Assembly (NCBI RefSeq): GCF_963506605.1
Contig: NC_083276.1
Coordinates: 81,468,001 to 81,532,000 of the forward strand
DNA length: 64,000 bases
DNA from: Zootoca vivipara
Lineage: Eukaryota
Direction: 5' to 3'
Shown: one piece after another, positions 1 through 12,311 of the stretch
Numbering within the stretch: position 1 is the first letter of the stretch
Layout of the letters: each line of letters opens with the position of its first letter
Program-made: the position numbers and the translations under genes
Notes under the pieces: model-generated
Seen by the model: the letters and a program-made list of their open reading frames with translations, nothing else
Told to the model about the DNA's origin: nothing
Databases searched by the model: none

Positions 1-340
1 CTGGTCACAGGGGAACCACATGACACCTTGTGTCCCCAGCAGACAATTCACTCCAGTTCTTGGCTTCATCCACCACATTGCTGTCATTTTTCACCTAGTC
101 CAGAGTTTGGGTAAAAGCACTTTGTCTTATATATGGTTGGGGGGGGGGAGAATAACAAAATGTGGCTGACCCATAAAAAGTCCAAAGTCCAAGTTGCAAA
201 ACACAGACTAAAGACCTGCCTGATGACCTCAGAAAAATGAACCTCTTTCAGCAAATCAGCTACATTTGTAGACTCAGAGTCAAAGTTTATTTCTTGTTGC
301 TACCATCCAGGTCATTTCAACCAAAAAGGAAATGAAAGTA

Positions 341-1028
341 CAGTGGTACCTTGCAAGACGAAATTAATTCGTTCCACGAGTTGTTTTGTGTTGCGATAAT
401 TTCGTCTTGCGAAGCGCGGTTTCCCATAGGAATGCATTGAAATTTAATTCATGAGTTCCTACGGGGGGGGGGAGAAGCGCCCCCCCAAAGGCACTGACTC
501 ACCCGCCACGGCTGGAAGTCTTCAAGGCTCTGGGGAGGGGGAAGCAGGAGGAGGGCCAGGGGTCTGGAAGGAGTCTGGAAGCCATACAGAAATGGGAGAA
601 AGCAAGACCGGAGCCACGGGGTCTCCTCCCGCCGCAGCCTCCACTCCTTCAGGTGCTGCCGCTGTTCCCACCAAGGGCTGCCTGGTGAGTGGCGCTGCTG
701 CTCCTGCCAGAGCTGTGGAGGCCGCCAAGGAGGGCAAGGCTGGAGCCGTGGAGGCCACCATGAGCGCCGCGCCGCTGCAGGAGACAGAAGCGGCGGCCGT
801 GGACGTCACCGGTGGAGTCCTAAAGGTAAGTGGTGGTGGCACGGCAGTGGCACAGTGGTGGCACGGCAGCGGCACGGCAGCGGCTTCCCTTCCCCTTGTG
901 AGGCTGCTTCGTCTTGCGAAGCACGGCCATAGACGGCTTTGTTTTGCGAGCCGTCCAAAAAATTGCAAAACGCTTTCGTTTTGCTATTTTTTCATTGCGC
1001 AAGGCGTTCATCTTGCAGGGTACCACTG
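341..1028. mobile_element. Tc1/mariner-type non-autonomous DNA transposon with GC-rich internal cargo
   Basis: TA|CAGTGGTACC...GGTACCACTG|TA inverted repeats with TA target duplication. Confidence 0.8.
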
Positions 1029-1121
1029 TATACATAACTACATTGGTAGAGTCATAAAGCTACTGTACACACATGGTTTGCATATATTATATAAGTCCCC
1101 AAGTTTCAAGTCTGGTTAGAG

Positions 1122-1257
1122 CAGGGGTAGGGAACCTATGGCCTTCCAGATGTTTTTGGATGACAACACCATCACCCCTGACCATGGGTCATGCTGGCTC
1201 GGGCTGTTGGGAGTTGGAGTCTAACAACATCAGGAAGGCGGCATTTTCCACACCCTG
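1122..1257. mobile_element. Old palindromic hAT-type MITE (diverged relatives near 2.8, 31.8, 37.5, 59.1, 61.6 and 62.7 kb)
   Basis: CAGGG...CCCTG termini and an internal ccagatgtt...ctccc/gggag...aacatc inverted structure. Confidence 0.55.
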
Positions 1258-1785
1258 GGGTTCAAGGACCACAGGTACCTCTGCCCCTGGTTCTGGAGAT
1301 GTGTTCACTGAGCTACCGGTATAGTGGACTTGAGGAGCATTTGGCTTGATTCAGTTTACAGCAGCTCCTCAAACTGCATATATCCTTTCACACATGAGAC
1401 TTCCCAGCGTGGAGACTGTTGCATAGCATGGCTGCCCCGATCCTATGCTGTGATGATCCAGTTGTCTGCTTTTCTCCCCTGTATGTTTTGAATATAATTG
1501 AATACTTTGCAGCAGTAATGGGAGATAAGGGGAGTCAATAGGTATGGGAGAAAATATATTTGAGATCTGCTCCAAAGTCTTCTAAACCAGGAGCTGGCTT
1601 CACAATGGGAGATGGCAACTTAACTATAAAGCAGCTCAAGAGAAACAGAGGAGAGTAACAATTTCTGGTGGTTCTTTGCTTTTCAGAACTGGTTAATACA
1701 GGATAACAGTCAATATTGGAGAGGAGCATATGATTGAGGGGAGGCAGTGTCCTTTTTGTATATCTTCTCTTGTGTATATTCCCAG

Positions 1786-1841
1786 GTGCCACCAGCACAT
1801 GATGTTCAACACCGTGAAGAAGATGCAGACCGTATTTACAG
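1786..1841 (+). CDS. LPXN: LPXN internal exon ([19 protein letters not shown])
   Basis: cccag|GTG...TACAG|gtaaat; ends phase 2, which fits the next exon; IYS resembles the leupaxin VYS tyrosine motif. Confidence 0.7.
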
Positions 1842-3244
1842 GTAAATGAACACTGAATCAGGAAGGCAGGTTACACGGCTCACTTGTGCTGCATGTTTTT
1901 TGTGGGTTTTTTTAGGGAAGCCTTCCACAGATAATGGCTCAAAACTGTACGGCATGTAAACTTTTGCTCTCTTAATGCTTAGTTAGCATTGCATCAAAGG
2001 TTACCAGAAATGGTCACTGATAAAAGGCAAACTTATCTCCATTCATATGCATACATATGTATCTATACCATATACCATACCACAACCCCAAAAGAAAGTT
2101 TTATAACACAAAAATAACTGCTGAATGGCTTCAAGGAGCTTGCTTCCCCACTATCTGCCAGAAAGAACAATCTGTCCGTTGATTGCCCTGGGGCTGAGAG
2201 CTGAAGGAAAGTACCCTTTGGCTCCACCCATTGTGTTGGGTCTGAGCAGAGGCTTCTGCATCTCAAAAACTTTCTTAACACTAAAAAGGGGAAACCAAAC
2301 AGGGAGGCCAAATCTACACATTCCATTCCCACTGATCGCCAGCTCTAGCAAGTAACGTTGTAGGTCCTCCTTTAATAACTCCCTTTCTAAGTACAGCCTG
2401 TCCGTTCGTATAGTCCTTTTATCATTCTTATTCCAGAGCTTTGAATGTCCCAATCGGGGATTTCTATATCAACTCTTGAATGTTAGTAGGGACAAGTTGA
2501 TTCATTTAAGCATAGCATGATTATTTTTCAGAATGGGGAATCATGCCATCGTTTTAAGCAGAAGGAACATTCTTTCGTACTACTCATATGCCCGATTTTA
2601 CATGCACATTGTGAGACAGGGGTACCTGGGCTGGTAATTATTAATCCCCATTTCCAAGAACCCTCAAGCAATTCAACACAAAATATAATTTTGGGACTCC
2701 AAAGAAGGTGAAAATTCCTCTTGGGGAAAAACAACTCAGCTTATTAGCTATAATTCATATATAATCTTGTCCGTAGTTAACTAGATAATAGTATCAGGCT
2801 GGCTTCAGGTCAAGGTATCCAGCATGGGCAATGGCCAGGGATGAAGAGAGTTGTAGTTCAACAACAAGAGGCTACCATGTTGGCTACCCCCTGCTTCAGA
2901 TGTATGGATTTAGTGAAGAAGATGAGGGATAAGATTGGATTTGTTGCAACTTGACCTCCTTTCCTATGGTTGGATGTATATAGGGGTGGGGAGAGATGAA
3001 CCATGCTATACGTGGTCTGTGTGATTTATCCCAGGGTGGACTAAAACACCCCCACCCCCACTGGCAGCATGCCTTGAAAAATGGAGGGAATCAGGGGGAG
3101 GGCAGATACTGCTGCCATATGGCTTTCCTGAATCAGATACAGTACATGGAATCGATGCACCAATTGCGGAATGAAGATGTGGGAGAGTTTTTCTTTAAAA
3201 GGATCTCAGGCACATTGTAGCAGAAGTGAGTAGCTTCCTGGTAT

Positions 3245-3298
<54 letters not shown>

Positions 3299-6120
3299 TT
3301 ATTATTTGTACCCCACCCATCTGGCTGAGTCTCCCCAGCCACTCTGGGCGGCTCCCAATTGAGTATTAAAACAATACAGCATTAAATATTAAAAACTTCC
3401 CTAAACAGGGCTGCCTCCAGATGTCTTTTAAAAATAGGATAGCTGCTTATTTCCTTGACATCTGATGGAAGGGCGTTCCACAGGGCGGGTGCCACTACCG
3501 AAAAGGCCCTCTGTCTGGTTCCCTGTAATCTCACTTCTCGCAATGAGGGAACTGCCAGAAGGCCCTCGGCGCTGGATCTCAGTATCCAGGCTGAACGATA
3601 GAGGTGGAGGTGCTCCTTCAGGTATACAGGACCGAGGCCGTTTAGGGCTTTAAAGGTCAACACCAACACTTTGAATTGTGCTTGGAAACGTATTGGGTCA
3701 TTGTTGCTTACCGGGTCAAAGTGGTGGGGAGGTCAGTGTGGTGCAAATGCATTGCCAGGCCCAATTTAGTGCTCCTGCTGGTGCATTTGCAATGTGCCAA
3801 CCTTTCTGTCCTTCCATATCTCCTGGTAAGTAACGATGACCCACCTGCTAGGAAGCTCCACCCCCACCCAGTGATCCATTTCTGCCTTCTAAGTTTTTTT
3901 GAAGTTGGTAGCAGTTAAGGTGTAGCCAGGATCGGGGCCTATATGTGTGAACATGCATGATGGACAAAGGGAACATGGCTCATTTTAGAATTTTAAGAAT
4001 GTCCTTCCTCCTTTCCTTCAGTCATAAATTTGACTTTCTATTCCCTCTAGCCAAGTGCAAACTCCACAGCCAGTGCTCTCTTCATTCACCACACCTGCTC
4101 AACAGTTGGATGAACTTTTGGCTTGCTTGGGAACAATCCAGGACAAGGTGAGTCACAGACCCAGCTGACCCTCTGCAGGAGAAACAACAACAGTTTCTGG
4201 GAAATGATAGTGCAGCACCAAGACTGTTCCTAAGGAATATTTAATGCTTTTTTTGTGGTCATTGTATTAGCCATCGCAAATTAAGAGCAGAAGTTACATT
4301 CTCATCTCCAGCTTAGGCAGAAGAAAGGTTGCAATAAAAATCAACAGAAGGTGTAGGTTGTGCGGGGAGAAGGGACACTTCTGTGGGACAAGACAGAAAA
4401 GGTTCATGCATGGTGATCCAGGAAAAGCTTTGTAGAATAAGTGAGATTTAGGAGTTTTAAGTGGAGAGAGAGAGAAAACTTGAGTAATACAAAAGAGAGT
4501 ATTTTTTATGTATAGGGAGCAAGATTTGTGGCACTGTTAAAGTTCACCATGTTGAGTATATCTATTTATCTCCTCTTTTGCTGTTATGTATTATTTGCTT
4601 GTTTTACTGTGCTTGGTGTGTTATCACTTTATTTTTTTCCATTGTTAACCACTTTTGATTTATTGCTAAGAAAAGTGGAGGGTTGTTGTTTTTAAATAAA
4701 AAGTAAATAGAAATAAATGAATGAAAAAGCGAGAACCCAAATCATTTGCTTTTCTGCAGATCTCAGATGGAAATGAAGGTCCTGAGAAGCCATCACCAAC
4801 AAAACAGAATACCATTGACAACCTAGACAGCATGTTGCAAGGCCTGACACATGATATGCAGGACCTTGGTGTTGCCACTGAGGCCAAGGGCCACTGTGCT
4901 TCCTGCCACAAACTCATCGTTGGAAAGGTAGGAGAGGGAGAGAGACAGAGAGAGAATTGACCTCTCCAGTAGTTTTCAGCCCCAATGGGTTAGAGGTTTG
5001 TTATGAACAACCAATGGTTTGTCACATATCTGCTTTGTGAAGTGTTTGGTTTGCCTCAGATAGAAGGAAGGGATTTCTTCTCCTGCAGATTGGCCATTTA
5101 GTGTCTGCCACATATTGCTGAGGGTCCTGCCCTCTCAACCCAAAGTGGTCCTGTGGTGCACTGAGCAATGTGGGGGCTTGTTGATTAGAAACATGGCCCC
5201 ATGACAAACATCTGAGAGACATCCTGTTGGAAAGGGACACATGCCTCTAAACTCTCCTCTTGGGCTTGCTGGTTTCTAGGTAATTACAGCACTGGGAAAG
5301 ACGTGGCACCCTGAACACTTCACGTGTGCCCATTGTGGAAAGGAAGTGAGCTCTATCCCCTTCTATGAGCGGGACAGCAAGGCCTACTGCCCCGAAGACT
5401 ACCATGATCTCTTCTCTCCTCACTGCGCTTACTGTGCTGCACCAATCAAGGAGGTGTGTCATGTTAGCCTCACCTTCTGACTGCTATTGCTCCCTTTGAT
5501 TTGACTCGATTATTGACTTTCTGTATCAATAATCAATGTATCAATGTATTAAAGAATATCTCTAAGCGGTGTACAAAAAACTGAAGCAACAACAGACAAC
5601 TTAAACAAAATATTGCAAAAATACAGCGTTACATATAAAAATCTTACATCAACACACACACAACACACAGACACACATTTTCCTACTGGCACACCCTCCC
5701 TCTCAGCCTCCAGGTCCTCACCCAGGGTCCAAGCAAACTCTTGGCCCACCTACAAAAGTCTCACATCACGAAGAGTTCCTGGAAACAACGGACTAGTCTG
5801 GTGATAGTACTGTACTTCCTCAGGCTGTGTCCAACTCAGCTGTACTCTCTGCACCCAGTTCCAGGTGCAACAGGTTTGTTGAGTTTCCGGGGGGTGATTT
5901 CTTTCATCAATGGAGAACATACAAATAGGGACTTAATGATCAAGTGAACAGGATTTGGGGAGCTGTAGAGTTCTATACCACCCAATGGCCCCCCAATGTG
6001 TGTGGAGGGGGGTATTGTTTTTGTTTGCTACTATGGTATGCATTTTTGTGTTTTAATACTGTAAAAAGTAATACTGTGAATCTTCAGATGAAGAACAGTA
6101 TGGAAATTTTAATAGTAGAA

Positions 6121-6159
<39 letters not shown>

Positions 6160-9100
6160 GGGGGCCCTCCACTCACATCTCTTTCTTTGCCCTCTCTCTC
6201 CTCCTCCAGCTGCTTTGAGAGAAGGTTCTGATTCAGATCAAGAGCAAGTTGAGAGTTTATCCAATCTCTGCCTCCACCTTCTTTTGCCCTTTTAACCACC
6301 AGGGCTTCCCAGTGTTGAAATCCCATGACCCTTTCTTCTCCTTTTCTTTGCAGAAAATCCTCACAGCCATGGATCGCACTTGGCACCCAGAGCATTTCTT
6401 CTGCGCTCACTGTGGGAAAGTGTTTGGCAATGATGGTGCGTCTTCTTCCTCTCCCTCAGTCCCTGACCCTTCCCTCAGCTTTTCCGTGCTTGCTTGCATA
6501 GTAGAAATCCATACAGTTTTTGCCCTTTCAATCTTCACTTGCTGCTCCCTGCCATTTGAAACTTCCCTCCCCCCCTTCTCTTTTAGTTAGACTAAAATCT
6601 GCTAAATCACAATTGTTTTCTGCAAAATCCTAACTACTCTTCACCAGGGAGCAATTCTAGTTGAGCTCAGTGGGACTTGCTTCTGAGTGAACAAGCTTAG
6701 GATTGCATTGTGTAGCATTTTGGTATAAGGGATACCAGAGAACTCTTTCCACAGAGCTGCCAAGACGATTCTAAGACATCCTGCAGCTGCCTGTCATACC
6801 AATGCATACATTCAAAAGTATGTTATATTTGGGGAAATTGATTGGAAGACTGTTTGTTTGACAGAATTGCATTAAAAATCTGTATATTGGAAGAAGTGCA
6901 CACTAAAATATTGATGAAATTAACTTAAGGTGGGAAACAGAGAAATCAAAATTGGCAAATTTGTTTGTCCCTACTCTAAAGCATTTTCAGTCACATTGCT
7001 CTCAATGGGAGAGGTATGCTTTACTGTCCCACTGAAACCAATGAGGCAAGTTAAGTGCTTAATTTTGATTGAATCATGTCCCTGGTATTTAGCATAAGTA
7101 TGAAAGCCTCCTGCTTCCATCCCGGAAGCCTAGCTAAAAGCAGAAGCAACTCGGTCACCTCTTCAGGGGCGTTAAACTAATACGTTGAGATGACCAGAGA
7201 GTTTGTGGCATTATTCTAACTCTTTCAAAAAGACCTCAAGCTGTAAAAACACTGGGTTGGTTCAAGACGTGGGCATGCTTAGAGGAGACTATTGAAATCA
7301 GTAGGACAAATAAGTCAAAAGTAAGTCTGGATCCAATGCAGTACATAGAAGTCACCCATAATGTGCTCAACTTGACCTGACATAAGAACCAGCCAGGATT
7401 CATGAGTGACAACTTGTTTGCTAAGACATGCATCACTCTTTCTAAGTTGTGATCTATAAGAGACTGTTTTGGGAATTCTATAGTGAGATTCCTCAAAGCT
7501 TCTCCATTTGGACTCAGAGTCACTATGGCAGGCATCCCCAAACTGCGGCCCTCCAGATGTTTTGGCTTACAACTCCCATGATCCCTAGCTAACAGGACCA
7601 GTGGTTGGGGAAGATGGGATTTGTAGTCCAAAACATCTGGAGGGCCGCAGTTTGGGGATGCCTGCACTATGGTATCAGCATTCTACCAAAGGACATTCTA
7701 CCAGCATCACAGTTCTCATTGAAAGCTTGTCTCTGTGTCCTAGGAGGAAGTCATTGTGAGTGTGCCTATGATGTGTTTTAATTTCTTTGCTACCTGGGTG
7801 GCATGTCACAGGGACTTATTATTTCCTTCTCTGTGAATAACCATCAGAAAAGCGTAAACACACTTGTGCTCACTGTGGGACTTTTGATCACAGACTAGTT
7901 CTGATGTGCTCCCAGGAGCCCAGCTCCAGTAATTGGCCCCCCAGTGGATCACTGAGCACATAGTGGTGAGCTCAAGTCCCCAGACTGCTAATTATAAGAT
8001 AAGTAGAGTGCAGAAAGTTTTGTGGGTGAATTTAGAGTCTGACTCGTCCCTGAACTCTGTGGATTGGTTCCTTTTGCCAGCTCGTGGCAACCATTCTTTG
8101 CCATTAGAGTGGCTTCTCCTGAAAACACCCCAGTGTTATTGCTTCATGCTATTAGAAGCAACTTTGAGAAATGTGCTAGCCTTGCAACAGTTTCTTAATC
8201 CTTGGTGTGACGATGGCTCAGCTTCCGTTGCATGCTTGGAGCAATTATGGATTGCTGAGCTGTAAGTATTTCAGGAGAACTGTCACTGCAAGAGTTTAGC
8301 AAAGCACTGTGTGATCCTATTGTTGCGACTGGCCTATGACTGTACCAGATTATTCTTAGAATCAGTATGGATTAGTGCAGTTTAGCTGGTCAGTAGCACG
8401 AACAGCTCGATCTGCTTGGACGAGTTGTTGCATTTTGTTTTTAGGGAGGAAAAGAGCAGCCTGCCTAGAACCTGAGTATTCTAATTTCCCAATAATTAAC
8501 ATGCTTTAGTTGTGAAAAATATATTTGAGCCCAGGTGGACCGCTTAGACTGAGTTTTCTGCTGAAATGTGGAGTGGTCTATTAAGTAAAAAAACAATATG
8601 TTCCCAAGACAAACCATGAACTAGGCAGATCAGCTGAAGGAATCTCGATCACAAGGACCTGTTGAGTACTTAATGCTTCCAAGGGAGGCACCCCGGGGAG
8701 TAAAACACCCAAGGTAAACTAGACATTGCTTACTGGGCCCATGCAGAAAAACCATTCGGCAGAAGCTGATCACATCCAGCCTTTTCATGTTGATTTGACT
8801 GGAAGGTAGTGGGTCAAAATCCCAACGAAGGCAAGAATAAGATCATGGGCGGAATTCAAGTAACAGACCCATTTGTGGAAGGACTTCCACTTGCACAGTG
8901 GGGCTTCTCCTTCTCTCCCACCCCCAGCCCCATTAAATTGGCTTGGGGAACCCCCATAACAGCACCACAGGGGGAAAGATTGTTCCATCTGATAAGGTGA
9001 TAGGCTTGCTCAGATGGATCATTTGGGACACTGAGTTCTACCCCTTGGCTCCACATTGGACTCTTCATGTGAAAAGGAGCCACCTACAAGGCTGTTTCTG

Positions 9101-11534
9101 ACTGTTGAGAAGACAGGCAGAGAAAAGTTGAGGGGATCAAAGAGTAGCTGACCACCTTTTTGCAGTGAAGGAGGGACGCTTATTTTCTCTAGGGGTTCTG
9201 AGAAGGGACACTTATCTGCTAAAGAGAGAGGAGATAGTCATAGATAAACATTGGTTGGTTGATGTCAGATCTTCTCCGGTGGGATGGGAGACCCCCAGAA
9301 CAACAAGTGGGAAGGGGAAGAGAGAGGAGGTCATTCCAGTGGACAAGCAGATATGATTGTGCTGATGGAATAATCTTATTGCTACATTGAATACAAACCA
9401 TGGTATGCGGTTCCTCTTCTCTAAAAGCTCTATCTCCCCATACTTTCTCTACAGGTTTCCAAGAGAAGGATGGGAAGCCATATTGCCAAAAGGATTTCAT
9501 GGCCCTTTTTTCTTCCAAGTGCAAAGGCTGTGACAAGCCTGTGATGAATCAGTATCTGTCAGCATTGAATGGTGTCTGGCACTCTGAGTGCTTTGTGTGT
9601 GGGGTAAGTAAATGCAGAATAGTCTGCTCCAATTAGAGGTCATTCTGGGTTGCTGGGCGGAAAACTTATATACGCCACGAAACTTGTATTGAGGAGGCTG
9701 CTAACAGAACCAAGAATTATGAAGTCCAGACAGAGTTCAGATAGGATTTAGCTGCAATCCTGCATGTAGTTAGGTTGCTTAAATCCCCAAAACTTGATTC
9801 ATTCATTTGTTTGAAAAATTGTATATTGCTCCTCACTGAATTTGATTCCAGGGCAGGTAACAAAATAAAATATCAATAAAACAATAAATCCCCATGATAA
9901 AAACAAACCAACAATGACTTTAATGGGTTTAAAAAGTCAGTGTGCAGGATGACAGCCCTTTCCCAAATAGAAAACTGCCAAAGCTGTTTGAACTGCAAAG
10001 TTCAGGTTTTATTCTTCATGAAATTTTAATTAAAATTTTCTTAATAAGATTTTATTAAGATTAAGACAGTGAAATTTCAACTACAGAAAATACAAATCAA
10101 ATAAGTAAAAGACAGAGTTCTCTCTTAAAATTAATTCTTGGCCCTTACCACACACAGAGGACAGTAGCTTATTCCAACTTTCACCTGGAATATTTCCTTT
10201 CTCCTATACTCTCACCCTGGGAGACCAACATCTCTCATCCAGGGTCCCCCATAAACCCATATATCACCCCCATGAATATACAATCTCTGGACCTTAATAA
10301 AGGCCCTACACATAGGACTCTAAAGAGAGAAGAAAAAGAAGAAAAACAAAGGAGAAACAGAAAAAAGAAAGGGACAACAAAAAGAAAGAAAATAAAAAGA
10401 GAGAAGAGTAAAATAAAAAAGACAAAAGAAACAGAAAAACATTCTAAAAGAAAAGCAAAGTTCAGATTTTAAAAACCAAATCATGAAAACAAAACCTTGA
10501 TTTGCAGAATTTAAATACTAGTTGCATACTGTACAGCACGCGCACACGCACACACACCACCTGAACTGCCAGATTCCTAAGCATCCTTCAAGTGATTCCT
10601 GGTCCATGCCTCTAGCCCCACCCACAGACTTCCATGTGTTGGTGCAGACATCCTCGCTACAGAAACCTGTGCACGAGCAGCTGCTTCTTTGTGTGAAGGC
10701 TCATGTGAAGGCTTCTTCAGTGCAGGCATCTGTGGATGTCCATAAGTGGGGCCACCACTAGGCTCCATTGCCAGGAGCAGGGCCTGCAGTGCACGCCCAC
10801 TCCCTGCTTATCACAATTCATATGTGAAGGGGGATCTGGTTTCAGATCAAAAGGAAACAGAATGTTTCTATTTTAAAACTCAAAATTTCATTTTTCAAAA
10901 ATAATAATAAAGGAATGCTTTGATGGTGTTTCCTGCTTGGCAGGGGGTTGGACTGGATGGCCCTTGTGGTCTCTTCCAACTCTATGATTCTATAGAACAA
11001 GAGCAGAATTATTTTTGATGGGGAAACTGCAAATGCTGACAAATCACTCTATAAAGCACTAAATATGAACTACAAAGCTGAAAATTTGATTTAAAGCAAG
11101 AACCAAAACACAAACGTGAAGAACTTATTTCAAAACAGTAGCTGACTGGTGATGGTCATGATAACTCTATCCAGACTCTGTACAGTATGCTGACTGGCTG
11201 GTTCTTATGTCAATCCCGGAAATGGTTATTTTTCTGATGCCCTAACACATGCTTCCTCTGCTTTCAGGACTGTTTCTGCAGCTTTCAAGATGGTTCCTTC
11301 TTTGAATTAAATGGACGCCCCTATTGTGAGCTTCACTACCACCACCACCAGGGAACAGTGTGTTTGGGTTGTGGGAAGCCCATTGTTGGGCGCTGTGTCA
11401 CTGCCATGGGGCACAAGTTCCACCCGGAGCACTTTGTCTGTGCCTTTTGCCTCACCCAGTTGCACAATGGCATCTTCCAGGAGCAGAATGGCAAGACCTA
11501 CTGCCACGCCTGCTTTAACAAACTCTTTGTCTGA
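1786..11534 (+). CDS. LPXN: Leupaxin (paxillin family, LD motifs + 4 LIM domains); 5'-partial spliced CDS join(1786..1841,4051..4147,4760..4927,5280..5453,6354..6435,9455..9603,11268..11534)
   Basis: Exons have GT-AG boundaries and compatible phases and join into one frame: ...[39 protein letters not shown]..(4 LIM domains)..CFNKLFV*. This matches recalled leupaxin. Position next to an OR cluster and CTNND1 fits LPXN rather than PXN or TGFB1I1. Confidence 0.93.
3245..3697 (-). mobile_element. L2-clade LINE 3' fragment with (TTA)n tail
   Basis: Minus-strand peptide [31 protein letters not shown] is typical of the L2 ORF2 C-terminus; simple-repeat tail. Confidence 0.85.
4051..4147 (+). CDS. 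LPXN: LPXN exon with LD motif ([10 protein letters not shown])
   Basis: ctctag|C CAA...GAC AAG|gtgagt; LD motif. Confidence 0.88.
4760..4927 (+). CDS. LPXN: LPXN exon: LD motif and start of LIM1
   Basis: ctgcag|ATC...GGA AAG|gtagga; [16 protein letters not shown]. Confidence 0.93.
5280..5453 (+). CDS. LPXN: LPXN exon: LIM1/LIM2
   Basis: ttctag|[33 protein letters not shown]|gtgtgt. Confidence 0.95.
6122..6159. repeat. (TAA)n microsatellite
   Basis: Direct observation. Confidence 0.95.
6354..6435 (+). CDS. LPXN: LPXN exon: LIM2
   Basis: ttgcag|[28 protein letters not shown]|gtgcgt. Confidence 0.95.
7529..7664. mobile_element. hAT-type MITE, 136 bp
   Basis: TIR CAGGCATCCCCAAACT...AGTTTGGGGATGCCTG; perfect 8-bp TSD CACTATGG. 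Confidence 0.88.
9455..9603 (+). CDS. LPXN: LPXN exon: LIM2/LIM3
   Basis: ctacag|[21 protein letters not shown]|gtaagt. Confidence 0.95.
10911..10993 (+). mobile_element. CR1-type 3' tail fragment (near-identical copy at ~34104..34191)
   Basis: gggttggactggatg..cttccaactctatgattcta CR1-like terminus. Confidence 0.65.
11268..11534 (+). CDS. LPXN: LPXN last coding exon: LIM3/LIM4 and stop
   Basis: tttcag|[47 protein letters not shown]. Confidence 0.95.
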   Translation, partial: DCFCSFQDGSFFELNGRPYCELHYHHHQGTVCLGCGKPIVGRCVTAMGHKFHPEHFVCAFCLTQLHNGIFQEQNGKTYCHACFNKLFV

Positions 11535-12305
11535 CCGGAAGCCGCACAGGGAGCATATTTCTTCTCTCTTCTTCTCTTTGCATGAGAAACAGGCAGGAGG
11601 GGAAACGATTTTGAAGGGACAAAGGCTGCAATCCTCCACTCCATTGCGTTTCAAACAACTTTTGCCAGTTTACAGTAGTTTATCAGAAACAGTAGCCTCT
11701 AAGTAAGATTGGCTCTTCATCCCGTATCCTTTCCTGCTGGCAATAGCAAGTATTTTATTTACTCATTGGGGCAAGGGGAATCCATCTACACAAAACATAT
11801 TCCACTGATATGGTTATTTACTGTGCAATCCTATGCATGCCTATTCAGAAGGAAGTTCCACTTGGATTTACTCCAAGGTAAATGTGTATATCTTTGTACC
11901 CAGGCAAACCAATCCTATTCACTAATTGTGTCAGATAAGGGAGATACACACTAGAGGAGAGCAACAACCATACCCTCCTCCCAAAGCCCACGGATCAGGG
12001 ACTGTGCCAGCAACCATGCCCACATGCCACCCAAAGAGGTGTGATGGTGGTGAATATCATATATTTGTGCACTACACATTTGCGCTTTTGATTGGCAGGA
12101 GTACCACGTACAGTACAGGCAAACATGGCTGCCCCCCTTTTGCTAACCTGCTGAATCTCACACATGTATACAAGCTCTCTTTCGCCAATTCATTAGAGTA
12201 GCTTTCTATCTTAGAATACTCCCCCTGTCTTTCAAGGACACTGTGCTGGATGCCTAGATATTTTCAACATGTTGTTTGTAACTGAATAGGTAGCGTACAC
12301 TGAAA

Positions 12306-12311
12306 AATAAA
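12306..12311 (+). terminator. Probable LPXN polyadenylation signal (AATAAA)
   Basis: AATAAA about 770 nt after the stop, followed by T/GT-rich sequence. Confidence 0.55.

Noticed and set aside
451-1119. 222-aa Ala/Gly-rich ORF and the antisense 148-aa ORF
   Set aside because: Lies almost entirely within a TIR-bounded MITE; low complexity, no recognisable domain
2063-2560. Possible retroelement coding remnant in an LPXN intron (also 8330..9340)
   Set aside because: No motif could be assigned with confidence
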